Shown here: one piece after another, positions 1-8,150 of the stretch
Position numbering within the stretch: position 1 is the stretch's first letter
How the letters are laid out: every line of letters starts with the position of its first letter
NCBI RefSeq assembly: GCF_001465295.1
Contig: NZ_CP011035.1
Span: 420,001-452,000 of the forward strand
From: Pseudoalteromonas translucida KMM 520
GTDB taxonomy: Bacteria > Pseudomonadota > Gammaproteobacteria > Enterobacterales > Alteromonadaceae
Length of the DNA: 32,000 nucleotides
Direction: 5' to 3'
Program-made: the position numbers and the translations under genes
The notes under the pieces: model-generated
The model's database searches: none
Seen by the model: only the letters and a program-made list of their open reading frames with translations
What the model was told of the DNA's origin: nothing

Positions 1-398
1 TCTATGCGTGCAATAGCACTGGCATCTAGCGTTTTTATACCTAATGAACCGTTACGCAGTGGAGTTGACTGCGGCACGCCATCAATCATAACTAAAGGCG
101 CGCGACCACGCAGTGTTTGCCCTGAGTTACTGGAGCTGCCGGTGCTAGGAGCCAATCCTGGTACCATTTGTGCGAGTAAGCTGCTTAGTTCTGGGTTTAC
201 TTTTAAGTGTTGTTGAATTTGCTGCTGGTTTATAACAGTAATAGAAGCAGGAACTTCATCAATACTTTCAAATATACGGCTACCCGACACAATAACGTGC
301 TCTAACTGATCAGCAGAATATTTGTTTTTATTATTTTCATCGGCAATTGCGCAAGCACTAACAGCGACGCTAAGTAAACAAAGCGAGGTTTTTAACAT
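1..398 (-). CDS. TonB-dependent (siderophore-type) outer-membrane receptor, N-terminal part only; the gene runs off the left edge
   Basis: My own minus-strand translation from ATG 398-396 gives MLKTSLCLLSVAVSACAIADENNKNKYSADQLEHVIVSGSRIFESIDEVPASITVINQQQIQ...LRGRAPLVMIDGVPQSTPLRNG. It shows a signal peptide, a TonB-box-like EHVIVSGSR and plug-domain motifs. It is absent from the ORF track because no stop lies inside the window; the listed 4..216(+) ORF is its antisense shadow. Fur-box matches lie just upstream. Confidence 0.8.
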   Translation of the reverse strand, partial: MLKTSLCLLSVAVSACAIADENNKNKYSADQLEHVIVSGSRIFESIDEVPASITVINQQQIQQHLKVNPELSSLLAQMVPGLAPSTGSSSNSGQTLRGRAPLVMIDGVPQSTPLRNGSLGIKTLDASAIARI

Positions 399-424
399 GA
401 TAACTCTGATAAATAATTAATTTT

Positions 425-443
425 AGTAATGATAACTATTAAC
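425..443 (-). promoter_or_regulatory. Fur box candidate (proximal) upstream of the TonB-dependent receptor
   Basis: AGTAATGATAACTATTAAC matches the Fur consensus GATAATGATAATCATTATC at 14/19 positions (hand alignment). It lies 27-45 nt upstream of the receptor ATG at 398. Confidence 0.55.
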
Positions 444-459
444 AACAAAAGCCTCAAGT

Positions 460-478
460 GTTAATGATAATTATTTTC
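460..478 (-). promoter_or_regulatory. Fur box candidate (distal), overlapping the stop codon of the PepSY gene
   Basis: GTTAATGATAATTATTTTC matches GATAATGATAATCATTATC at 16/19 positions (hand alignment). It lies 62-80 nt upstream of the receptor ATG. Confidence 0.7.
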
Positions 479-1550
479 GATTGCGCCTTTTTAACCAAAA
501 GTAAACACCCGTTACAATAAAAAAGCTCAGTGATAGGGTTATTAGCAGCCATAAAAACTGTACAACTGGCCCAGCAAAATTACCAATATGAAAGGCATAT
601 TTAAAGTTCCATGCTTGTGTGGTGAAATTGGTGCTATTTGCATCGAACGAGTTGACTACTTTTGCAGTATAAGGATTGACCCATACCCAGCTATAGGCAT
701 GGCTTTCTCCTGGGTTTTGTATTCTTAAAGCAATCGCGTCATCCGCTTTTTTAGGCAGATATACCCTATATAGCTCACCTTCTGAAAATATGGATTGTGC
801 ATTGTTAATTGCTAAATTGTATTGTAACTCGGTATTTTTAGGCGCAGTTATTTGGGGGGGCGCAGGTCTGTTTGTTACTTTATTTAGTGTTACCAATTCT
901 AAAACAGACTGCGTTTGCGTTTTCCAATTAAACGCCATGCCTGTAAAAGCAATCAGTATTAATGGCACAAAAAAGTAAACTCCCAACACAGTATGCAGCT
1001 GATATAGCAGTACTCTTAGTTTTGCTTTAGGTTTTATAGCTAAACGTTTTATCCTATTTTTAGGTTTTACCCATAAATAAAAGCCTATTAATACGTTTAT
1101 TAACAGCAGTAATGCACATACCGACATCCAATTTTTTAATGGTTTATTACCGTCACTGCTCTCAAATAATAACCAGCGATGCAAAGCAAGCGTAAAACCA
1201 TAAATTGTATCTGTACTTTGGTAAGTATAAATAACATTGCTGGTGTAGGGGTTAACGCTCGCATAGTGATTATTAGCTAATCTAAACTGCCATGCCATTG
1301 TAGGGTTTTGTTCAGGCATTAAAAAAATGGTTTTTTGTTGGGTTTGAGTTTGCACACTGTTTATTAAAGTGTCGTAATTTAGTGGTTTTTCTGCAGGTGT
1401 TACTAGCCATTTATCGGGCTGGATAAGGTGTTGTAGATCTTTTGCGTAAATTAACACCGCTCCGCTGAGGCTCATTATTAATAAAAACAACCCGCTAAGT
1501 AGGGCAAGTGCTAAATGAATTTTACGTAACCAAAGTTTCAAAAACGGCAT
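471..1550 (-). CDS. PepSY-associated TM-helix protein (PiuB/FoxB-like iron-regulated inner-membrane protein)
   Basis: 359-aa ORF with four or more hydrophobic helices (LALALLSGLFLLIMSLSGAVLIY, ALLLLINVLIGFYLWV, GVYFFVPLILIAFTGMAF, FLWLLITLSLSFFIVTGVYFW) and histidines flanking them (LHRW, QLHTVLG, AFHIGNF), typical of this family. It sits directly upstream of a Fur-boxed TonB-dependent receptor. Confidence 0.8.
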   Translation of the reverse strand: MPFLKLWLRKIHLALALLSGLFLLIMSLSGAVLIYAKDLQHLIQPDKWLVTPAEKPLNYDTLINSVQTQTQQKTIFLMPEQNPTMAWQFRLANNHYASVNPYTSNVIYTYQSTDTIYGFTLALHRWLLFESSDGNKPLKNWMSVCALLLLINVLIGFYLWVKPKNRIKRLAIKPKAKLRVLLYQLHTVLGVYFFVPLILIAFTGMAFNWKTQTQSVLELVTLNKVTNRPAPPQITAPKNTELQYNLAINNAQSIFSEGELYRVYLPKKADDAIALRIQNPGESHAYSWVWVNPYTAKVVNSFDANSTNFTTQAWNFKYAFHIGNFAGPVVQFLWLLITLSLSFFIVTGVYFWLKRRNRK

Positions 1551-1577
1551 CTCAATTGTGAGCTAAGAACCCTAATT

Positions 1578-1596
1578 GTAAATGATAATGAGAGCA
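1578..1596 (-). promoter_or_regulatory. Weak Fur-box-like site upstream of the PepSY gene
   Basis: GTAAATGATAATGAGAGCA matches the Fur consensus at 11/19 positions, with a contiguous AATGATAAT core. It lies 28-46 nt upstream of ATG 1550. Confidence 0.3.
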
Positions 1597-1633
1597 GTTT
1601 TCAATTGAAAGTTTGCTTATAAAGCTATTTTTA

Positions 1634-2497
1634 TTATAAATTACTGTGCTTTTCTATTATGCAGTTTTCAATATTAAAATTATGCTGTAAAAAGTGTTTA
1701 ACGGCTGCTAAATCAAGCGATTTATGAGCGTTAATCAGCAGTTCGCAATGACAGGTTTTATCATCTAATTGCCATACTTTTATAGCTATTACCTGCTCTA
1801 TATTAAAGTTTTTGGTGAGCGCGTTTGTAACCGCTTGGGTATCAAAGTTATTAGGCGCAGCTTGCATTAAAATGCGGCAGCTTTGTTTAAGCAGTAACAC
1901 GCCATGATAAATAACATAAATAGAAATTAAAATTGTCGCAATTAAATCAACTATATACCACTGGTATAAAATAATTAAAGTACCTGCAACAATAACCACA
2001 ACAGATGCCATCGCATCAGATACATTATGAATAAAAGCCGCTCTTATATTCATACTGCTATTTGCGCCAGCCCGATAAGTTAAAAGTGCAGTGATTAAAT
2101 CTATGAGCAGGGCAAATGTAGCCACCCACACTATGATCCAACCATCAATTGGCTGCGGGTTTAAATAACTGCTCATAGCTTCAAAAATTAAATACACACC
2201 TATCAGGATTAATGTACTGCTATTGAACAAAGTAGCTAAGATTTCGGCGCGCTTGTAGCCAAAGTGATGTGTGTTATCGGCAGGTTTGTTACCAATTTTA
2301 CGCGCAACAAGGGCAATAAAAATTGCTGCTGCATCACTAAGATTATGCAGTGCATCTGCCATGAGTGACAAACTACCAGAAAATATTCCGCCAACAACTT
2401 GCGCAACAGTAAGCAGAACATTAATGGCAACAGCTAGCGCAAGTTGCTTGTTACTTTGGCTTTCGTCTACATGGCTGTGTGCATGGTCGTGACCCAT
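1634..2497 (-). CDS. Cation diffusion facilitator (CzcD/ZitB-like Zn/Co/Cd efflux transporter)
   Basis: 287 aa with a His-rich N-terminus (MGHDHAHSHVDES), six TM segments, the CDF signature SLSLMADALHNLSD and a second metal-site motif (FIHNVSDAMAS), plus a C-terminal cytoplasmic domain. Confidence 0.9.
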   Translation of the reverse strand: MGHDHAHSHVDESQSNKQLALAVAINVLLTVAQVVGGIFSGSLSLMADALHNLSDAAAIFIALVARKIGNKPADNTHHFGYKRAEILATLFNSSTLILIGVYLIFEAMSSYLNPQPIDGWIIVWVATFALLIDLITALLTYRAGANSSMNIRAAFIHNVSDAMASVVVIVAGTLIILYQWYIVDLIATILISIYVIYHGVLLLKQSCRILMQAAPNNFDTQAVTNALTKNFNIEQVIAIKVWQLDDKTCHCELLINAHKSLDLAAVKHFLQHNFNIENCIIEKHSNL

Positions 2498-2751
2498 AAT
2501 ATTCCCAAGTAACTATTTATATTAAAATTGTTATATCATGGGCAGCTAAAAACAGCTACACGGAGCTTGATGAAATTTAGTTAACTCATTGGGTATGCTA
2601 AGGCGTATATTTTAGTTAATAGATACGTAGCAGTAATGCGTATAAAACACATGAAAACTCATTGGCTTATTAGCGCAAAACTTGCGTATTAGGTTTTTTA
2701 ATGCATTAATACATAGTATTAAAATGGGTAAAATTACTAGGTAATTCAGGT

Positions 2752-5700
2752 ATGAATAAAGGTTTTAGCTTCACAAATCGAGCAGGTAAAGGACAATCTG
2801 TACAAAGTAAGCTAACTATAGCTTTTATAGTTATTGCATTAATACCTTTGTGTTTGTTTTCTTGGCTGAGCTTTAAGCAAATAAATACTACATTAGAACA
2901 CCACGCCCAAACTGAATTACAACAGGTAACAAATATTGCTCAGCAGTTTAGTCGCTTTTGGCTGGCTGATTATATTAAAGATTTTAAGTTACTTAAAAAC
3001 CAGTTAACGACTAATTCTGTGCAACAACAAAGTGCAATAACTGAGTTTGTTAACGTATACGAATTTGTAAATAATGTAGAGCTAATAGATAGCGCCGCTT
3101 TGCTTTTTGCACCTACATCTTCTTTTATTAGCAAACTAGACTCTCAATCGTTAACTAATATCCACACTAGCTTGAGTGAGCATGCAACGCCTTCATTTCA
3201 ATCATTGTTAATTGAAAAACAACCACACTTTATTATTGCGCTTGGTATATATAATACGGAGCAACAATTCAGCCGTATTCTTTTAGCCGATATAAATCCC
3301 CAGTGGCTAATGACTCAATTAAATGCAATGTATGCTAAAAACAGCGAGTTTAGCTTTAGTTTATTGCCAAGTAATAGCTTGCCTTTATTAAACCAACAGC
3401 CATCAACAGAGCAAACATTATTAAATAAAACACAATTAATGCAAAAAACATTTACCTATAACAACGAAAATAATGATGTAATGCATGGCTTTGTTAGCCA
3501 GCTGAATTTTTTAGGTGATCAAAGTTGGCAGTTATTAGTGTCTAAGCCGAGTGTTCAGGAGTTAACAAATACTTATTCTGTTACGTATTTTGCTGTGGCA
3601 ACACTGCTTATGTTGCTGGCTGTTTTAGCGTGTTCTTGGTGGTTTGGTCGCGTGTTGTTTCATCCGTTAAAGCGCTTAACAGCTCTTGTTGATAAAATTA
3701 CCAAGGGGAAAAGTACCCAAGTACCTATTTTACCCGACAGCCAAGAGTTTAATTTGTTGTCGAGTAAGCTGTGTAAATTGGCCGAAAATAAACAGCAACA
3801 ACTAACTGAGTTTTACAAACAAGGGGCTGAACTACAGGTTGTGCTAAGGCACTTAGCAGAACAAAAAAGTGCACTTGATGAGCACGCGATTGTGGCTGCA
3901 ACAGATTTAAAAGGCACTATTACTTTTGTTAATAAAAAGTTTTGTGAAATAAGTGGTTATGACGAACATGAGTTAATAGGTAAAAATCACCGTATTCTTA
4001 ATTCGGGCACCCACCCAAAACAGTTTTTTAAACAAATGTATCAAACCCTAAAGCAGGGAGAAGTATGGCATGGAAAAATATGTAATAAAGCTAAACTAGG
4101 TAATTTATATTGGGTAGATACCACCATAGCGCCATTTTTAGATGAAAATGCTAAGCCACAAAGTTATATAGCCATTCGAACAGATTTAACCGCATTAAAG
4201 CTACAAGAAATAGAACTAGAAGAGCATAAAGCACAACTACAGTTGGTAATAGACACTACCGCTGTGGGAATTTGGGATTGGTACATTGACACAGGTAAAG
4301 TGACTTTTAATCACCGTTGGGCTGAAATAATTGGCTATACCTTAGACGAGTTAGGCCCAGCAGTTATAGGCACTTGGTATAAGTATGCCCACCCAGACGA
4401 TTTAATAGTTTCGGAGCAAAAATTAAACGCTCATTTTTCTGGTGAAACAAACTATTACGTCAATGAAGCACGTATGAAACATAAACAAGGTCATTGGGTA
4501 TGGATACTAGACACTGCAAAAGTGGTTGAATGGAATGATGATGGCTCACCAAAGCGGATGATAGGTACCCACTTGGATATTACAGAACAAAAAGCAACAG
4601 AGCTAGAATTACAAAAAAGCCGTGACCAATTTGCCTCGTTAGTAGGCAATATTCCAGGCATTATTTACCGCTGTAAGTATGATAAAGTGTGGACTATGCT
4701 TTATATGAGTAAGCAAACTAAAGAGCTTACGGGTTATGACGCTGAGGCAATATTAGAGAATAAGCAGTTAAGTTATTTAGAAATAATTTACTCTGACGAT
4801 CGTGACGATATTGAAAAAACGATTATTAAGTGCATTGACGAGCACACTCCTTGGTCAGTTGACTACCGGATCATAACGCAAAATAATGAAGTACGTTGGG
4901 TAAACGAAAAAGGCCAAGCTATTTATGACTCTGCCGGAAACGTATTATATTTAGATGGTTTTATACTCGACATTACAGAGCGTCATCAGGCGCAACTAAA
5001 AATAACACGCCAGCAAAGCCTACTTGAATCTATGAGTAAACAGGGGCAAATAGGTGCGTGGGAAATAGACTTAAAAGCGCAAACGCTTTATTGGTCAGAT
5101 GAAGTACGCGCAATTCACGAAGTACCACAGAGCTACGCTCCAGATATAGCCACCGCAATAAACCATTATAAAGAAGGCTATCACAGAGATAAAATTAATG
5201 CCCTTTTTGAACGTGCGATCAGTAGCGGGGAAGGCTGGAATGTTGAGCTTATTATTGTTACTTACACTGGCCAAGAACGTTGGGTTAAGTCAATAGGGCA
5301 AAGTGAGTTTGAAAACGGCCAGTGTATTCGCGTTTTTGGCTCTTTTCAAAGTATTGATGCGCATAAGCGACTTGAGCTCGAAAGCGAAAAAGCCAATCGT
5401 TACAACAAAAGCTTAGCCATGCTTACTGTTGCACCTGAAGTGCAAAGCAGTGATGTAGCTGAGGTGAAAAAATTAGCCGTTAAATCTATGTGTGAAGTGC
5501 TTGATGTACAGCGCGCTTCTATTTGGATTTTTAACGAACAACGCGATTTAATGATTTGCCATAGTTTAAATATACAAGGGCAAGGTGTTGATTGTTGTAA
5601 TGCACAGCTAAGTGCAGAGGATTACCCTGCCTACTATGAAGCTATTTATAAACAAAATTTAATAGCCATTGACGATGTTTATAGTCATCCCGCTACTGTT

Positions 5701-7509
5701 GATTTTATTGAGCATTATGCAAAACCTAATAATATAAAATCTATGCTAGATGCTGTAATTACAACCGGTGACGGAAACTTAGGGATTTTATGCGCAGAAA
5801 CCGTTGGGGAGTTTCGCCAATGGACGCAAAGTGAAGAAACCTACTTACGCTCTTTAGCAACCTTAGTAGGCAGTACCTTAGTGTCACAGCGCCGCAAACA
5901 AACCGCTGAGGAATTAAAGGTAGCTTTGGTTTTGGCAAAAGAAGCCGGTGTAGCTAAAAGTCAGTTTTTAGCAACTATGAGCCATGAAATACGTACGCCA
6001 ATGAATGGTGTTTTAGGCATGCTTGAGCTTATTCAGTTAGAGCAACTGCCCAAGCCAATTGAAACTAAAGTAGCGATTGCTAAAACCAGTGCGCATTCAT
6101 TACTGAGTGTAATAAACGACATTTTAGATTTTTCAAAAGCAGAAGCAGGTAAAATCGAGCTAGAGAGTATTAACTTTAACGCTCGCGATTTAATAGGTGA
6201 AGTCGCCGCAGCGCAAGCATTTACTGCTCAAAATAAAGGCATTGAAATAATTTTAGATTTGGTTGCCTTAGAGCCATCACAGTTAAGTGGCGATCCGGGG
6301 CGAATACGCCAAGTATTAACTAATATACTAAGTAATGCCGTTAAGTTTACTAACGAAGGCGAAGTGGTGGTTAGCGCGTCTATTGAGCGTATTGAGGCCC
6401 AGCTAATACTGCAAGTTAGAGTAAAAGATTCTGGTATTGGCATTAGCAAAGAAAAACAACAACAGTTATTTGCGCCATTTATGCAAGTAGATGCGTCTAC
6501 CACTCGAGAGTATGGAGGCACTGGCCTTGGTCTTGCTATTAGTAAGCAGTTATGTGAACTAATGGGAGGCGCTATTGCAATTAAAAGTAATGCTGGCCAA
6601 GGTAGTGAGTTTATCGTCACTATGCAGGTGCTAAAGGGCGATCAGCAAGAGCGCTATATGCCTAAGGCTAATATTAATGGCTTAAGTATATTGGTGGTTG
6701 ATGATAACGAAACAAATCGTTTGGTTATTTCAGAGCAGCTCAAGCACTGGGGAGCTAATGTTGAGCTGGCAAATAATGCCGAACATGCGCTGCTAATTTG
6801 TGAAAATAGAATTAAAAATAATCAGGGCATGTATGACATAGCTGTATTAGATATGCAAATGCCCGGCATGGATGGCATAGAGTTATGTAAAGTATTAAAA
6901 GCGCATGCTGACTACAAACATATGCCATTAGTAATGATGACCAGTATTGCAGGCTTAGAAGGGGCTCAACGTTATTTTGATGCAGGCTTTCAGGCTTATT
7001 TTCCAAAGCCGGTAACAACCGCCGATTTAATTTCTGCGCTTTCGGTTATTACTAATAGCGAGCAGCATGAAGCACTGCCATTAGTAACATCTGGGTATAT
7101 TTCATCGTTGCGTAAAGCTAGAACAATTGAGCCTGCTAAAATATTATTGGTTGAAGATAATCCAATAAACCAGCAAGTATCTACTTTAATGCTTAAAAAG
7201 CTCAATTGTGAAACAGTCTTAGCCGAAAATGGTCAACGTGCTTTAGAAGTGCTCGCAAAACATGAAGCCGGTTATTTTCAAGTTGTGCTAATGGATTGCC
7301 AAATGCCGGTTATGGATGGTTATGATGCCACTATTGCAATACGTAAAGGTGAAGCTGGCGAGCAACATAAAGCAATTAAAATTGTAGCATTAACAGCCAA
7401 TGCCATGGACTCAGATAAAGAGCGATGTATTGCAGCTGGCATGAATGATTATTTAAGTAAGCCAATTGAACTTGATATTTTAAAAGACAAATTAGAGCAG
7501 TATTTTTAA
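2752..7509 (+). CDS. Hybrid sensor histidine kinase/response regulator. Architecture: TM, about 240-aa extracytoplasmic sensor, TM, HAMP-like, 4x PAS, GAF, HisKA, HATPase_c, 2x REC.
   Basis: 1585 aa. TM helices lie near aa 22-42 and 277-297. The four PAS-like blocks begin at HAIVAATDLKGTITFVNKKF, LQLVIDTTAVGIWDW, FASLVGNIPGIIYRC and LESMSKQGQIGAWEIDL. The GAF-like block is VLDVQRASIWIFNEQ...LGILCAETVG. The H-box is SHEIRTPMNG, with His1078 at nt 5983-5985. The N-box is RIRQVLTNILSNAVKF, G1 is DSGIGI and G2 is GGTGLGLAIS. The REC aspartates are VLDMQMPGMDG (D1367, nt 6850-6852) and LMDCQMPVMDG (D1515, nt 7294-7296). No HPt domain is present. Confidence 0.95.
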   Translation: MNKGFSFTNRAGKGQSVQSKLTIAFIVIALIPLCLFSWLSFKQINTTLEHHAQTELQQVTNIAQQFSRFWLADYIKDFKLLKNQLTTNSVQQQSAITEFVNVYEFVNNVELIDSAALLFAPTSSFISKLDSQSLTNIHTSLSEHATPSFQSLLIEKQPHFIIALGIYNTEQQFSRILLADINPQWLMTQLNAMYAKNSEFSFSLLPSNSLPLLNQQPSTEQTLLNKTQLMQKTFTYNNENNDVMHGFVSQLNFLGDQSWQLLVSKPSVQELTNTYSVTYFAVATLLMLLAVLACSWWFGRVLFHPLKRLTALVDKITKGKSTQVPILPDSQEFNLLSSKLCKLAENKQQQLTEFYKQGAELQVVLRHLAEQKSALDEHAIVAATDLKGTITFVNKKFCEISGYDEHELIGKNHRILNSGTHPKQFFKQMYQTLKQGEVWHGKICNKAKLGNLYWVDTTIAPFLDENAKPQSYIAIRTDLTALKLQEIELEEHKAQLQLVIDTTAVGIWDWYIDTGKVTFNHRWAEIIGYTLDELGPAVIGTWYKYAHPDDLIVSEQKLNAHFSGETNYYVNEARMKHKQGHWVWILDTAKVVEWNDDGSPKRMIGTHLDITEQKATELELQKSRDQFASLVGNIPGIIYRCKYDKVWTMLYMSKQTKELTGYDAEAILENKQLSYLEIIYSDDRDDIEKTIIKCIDEHTPWSVDYRIITQNNEVRWVNEKGQAIYDSAGNVLYLDGFILDITERHQAQLKITRQQSLLESMSKQGQIGAWEIDLKAQTLYWSDEVRAIHEVPQSYAPDIATAINHYKEGYHRDKINALFERAISSGEGWNVELIIVTYTGQERWVKSIGQSEFENGQCIRVFGSFQSIDAHKRLELESEKANRYNKSLAMLTVAPEVQSSDVAEVKKLAVKSMCEVLDVQRASIWIFNEQRDLMICHSLNIQGQGVDCCNAQLSAEDYPAYYEAIYKQNLIAIDDVYSHPATVDFIEHYAKPNNIKSMLDAVITTGDGNLGILCAETVGEFRQWTQSEETYLRSLATLVGSTLVSQRRKQTAEELKVALVLAKEAGVAKSQFLATMSHEIRTPMNGVLGMLELIQLEQLPKPIETKVAIAKTSAHSLLSVINDILDFSKAEAGKIELESINFNARDLIGEVAAAQAFTAQNKGIEIILDLVALEPSQLSGDPGRIRQVLTNILSNAVKFTNEGEVVVSASIERIEAQLILQVRVKDSGIGISKEKQQQLFAPFMQVDASTTREYGGTGLGLAISKQLCELMGGAIAIKSNAGQGSEFIVTMQVLKGDQQERYMPKANINGLSILVVDDNETNRLVISEQLKHWGANVELANNAEHALLICENRIKNNQGMYDIAVLDMQMPGMDGIELCKVLKAHADYKHMPLVMMTSIAGLEGAQRYFDAGFQAYFPKPVTTADLISALSVITNSEQHEALPLVTSGYISSLRKARTIEPAKILLVEDNPINQQVSTLMLKKLNCETVLAENGQRALEVLAKHEAGYFQVVLMDCQMPVMDGYDATIAIRKGEAGEQHKAIKIVALTANAMDSDKERCIAAGMNDYLSKPIELDILKDKLEQYF

Positions 7510-7521
7510 GGTTAAAACAGT

Positions 7522-8004
7522 ATGACAAACACAATCGACATTCGAGATGCGCAGGCAAGTGATGCAAAAACCATTTTGCACTTTATTAATGAGCTCGCTA
7601 TTTATGAAAAAGAGCCACAAGCAGTTAAAACCAATGAACAAGCCATTTTAGATACCCTTTTTAGTGAAGGCGCAACAGCGCATAGCATTATATGCTTTGA
7701 TGGCGATGAGCCCATTGGCTTTGCTGTTTATTTTTATAATTACTCTACCTGGCTTGGTAAAAACGGCCTGTACCTAGAGGATTTATATGTAAGCCCTGAT
7801 AGCCGCGGTAAAGGGGCTGGTAGGGCAATAATGAAGCACTTAGCAAATCAAGCGCTGAATAAAAATTGTGGGCGTTTTGAGTGGGTGGTATTAGATTGGA
7901 ATAAACCCGCAATAGATTTTTACGATAGTATGGGCGCTAAGCCGCAAAATGAATGGATTATTTATCGCTTAACTGGGCAAGAGTTAATCGATTTTGCCAA
8001 ATAA
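7522..8004 (+). CDS. GNAT family N-acetyltransferase (SSAT/diamine acetyltransferase-like)
   Basis: 160 aa with the acetyl-CoA-binding motif RGKGAGRAIMKHL (Q/R-x-x-G-x-G/A) and FEWVVLDWNKPAIDFYDSMGA, typical of spermidine/spermine-type GNATs. It starts 12 nt after the kinase stop. Confidence 0.85.
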   Translation: MTNTIDIRDAQASDAKTILHFINELAIYEKEPQAVKTNEQAILDTLFSEGATAHSIICFDGDEPIGFAVYFYNYSTWLGKNGLYLEDLYVSPDSRGKGAGRAIMKHLANQALNKNCGRFEWVVLDWNKPAIDFYDSMGAKPQNEWIIYRLTGQELIDFAK

Positions 8005-8021
8005 GGCAGAGTGCCTTTTAT
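8003..8021 (+). terminator. Possible small rho-independent terminator after the GNAT gene
   Basis: AAGGCA-GAG-TGCCTT stem-loop followed by TTAT, overlapping the stop codon. The stem is short (6 bp). Confidence 0.4.
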
Positions 8022-8044
8022 ACACGTTACATAATAAACAGTTA

Positions 8045-8088
8045 CTTAACCATATAACCCCTGCCTTTGGTTAACTTATATGGTTAAG
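8045..8088. repeat. Perfect 13-bp inverted repeat CTTAACCATATAA-N18-TTATATGGTTAAG
   Basis: Read directly from the sequence: arms at 8045-8057 and 8076-8088 are exact reverse complements. Located between the GNAT gene and the ada-alkA gene. Confidence 0.8.
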
Positions 8089-8150
8089 GTCCGAAATTGG
8101 CTAGTAAAGTGTGGCGTATACTTTAAGCTTAAGTTTCTTATTAGTAATTA

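Noticed and set aside
4-216. 70-aa plus-strand ORF from the track
   Set aside because: It lies antisense inside the clearly recognisable N-terminus of a TonB-dependent receptor encoded on the minus strand (1..398). It has no motifs and no SD, so it is a shadow ORF.
854-860. G7 homopolymer (C7 on the coding strand, codons Pro-Pro) inside the PepSY gene as a possible phase-variation tract
   Set aside because: Seven residues is short for slipped-strand switching, the gene is currently in frame, and nothing else suggests contingency behaviour.
790-978. Other internal or antisense track ORFs (790..978, 2236..2430, 2271..2492, 8148..8396, 8912..9193, 9940..10155, 10993..11476, 13574..13774, 16725..16934, 17384..17761, 19606..19863, 21360..21776, 22852..23217, 23807..23992, 24694..25209, 26115..26393, 27335..27529, 28429..28632, 28858..30658)
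   Set aside because: Each overlaps a longer ORF that has strong family motifs in another frame or strand. None shows a recognisable domain or ribosome-binding site.
2498-2751. Searched the CDF transporter upstream region for a NiCo (czcD-motif) riboswitch or a MerR/ZntR-type long-spacer dyad promoter
   Set aside because: I could find no convincing multi-stem structure or dyad, only short AGCT self-complementary repeats. The NiCo riboswitch is in any case mainly a Firmicutes element.
6228-7567. Minus-strand ORFs 6228..6620, 6812..7018, 6996..7205 and 7376..7567
   Set aside because: All are antisense within the HATPase/REC region of the hybrid kinase, whose frame carries unambiguous motifs. 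They are low-complexity Cys/Leu-rich translations typical of shadow frames.
8089-8150. E. coli-type Ada box (AAT-N6-GCAA) in front of the ada-alkA gene
   Set aside because: The only candidate is AAT-N6-GTAA near 8095-8107. Its spacing to the candidate -10 (TATACT 8117-8122) is far too short compared with characterised Ada-dependent promoters.
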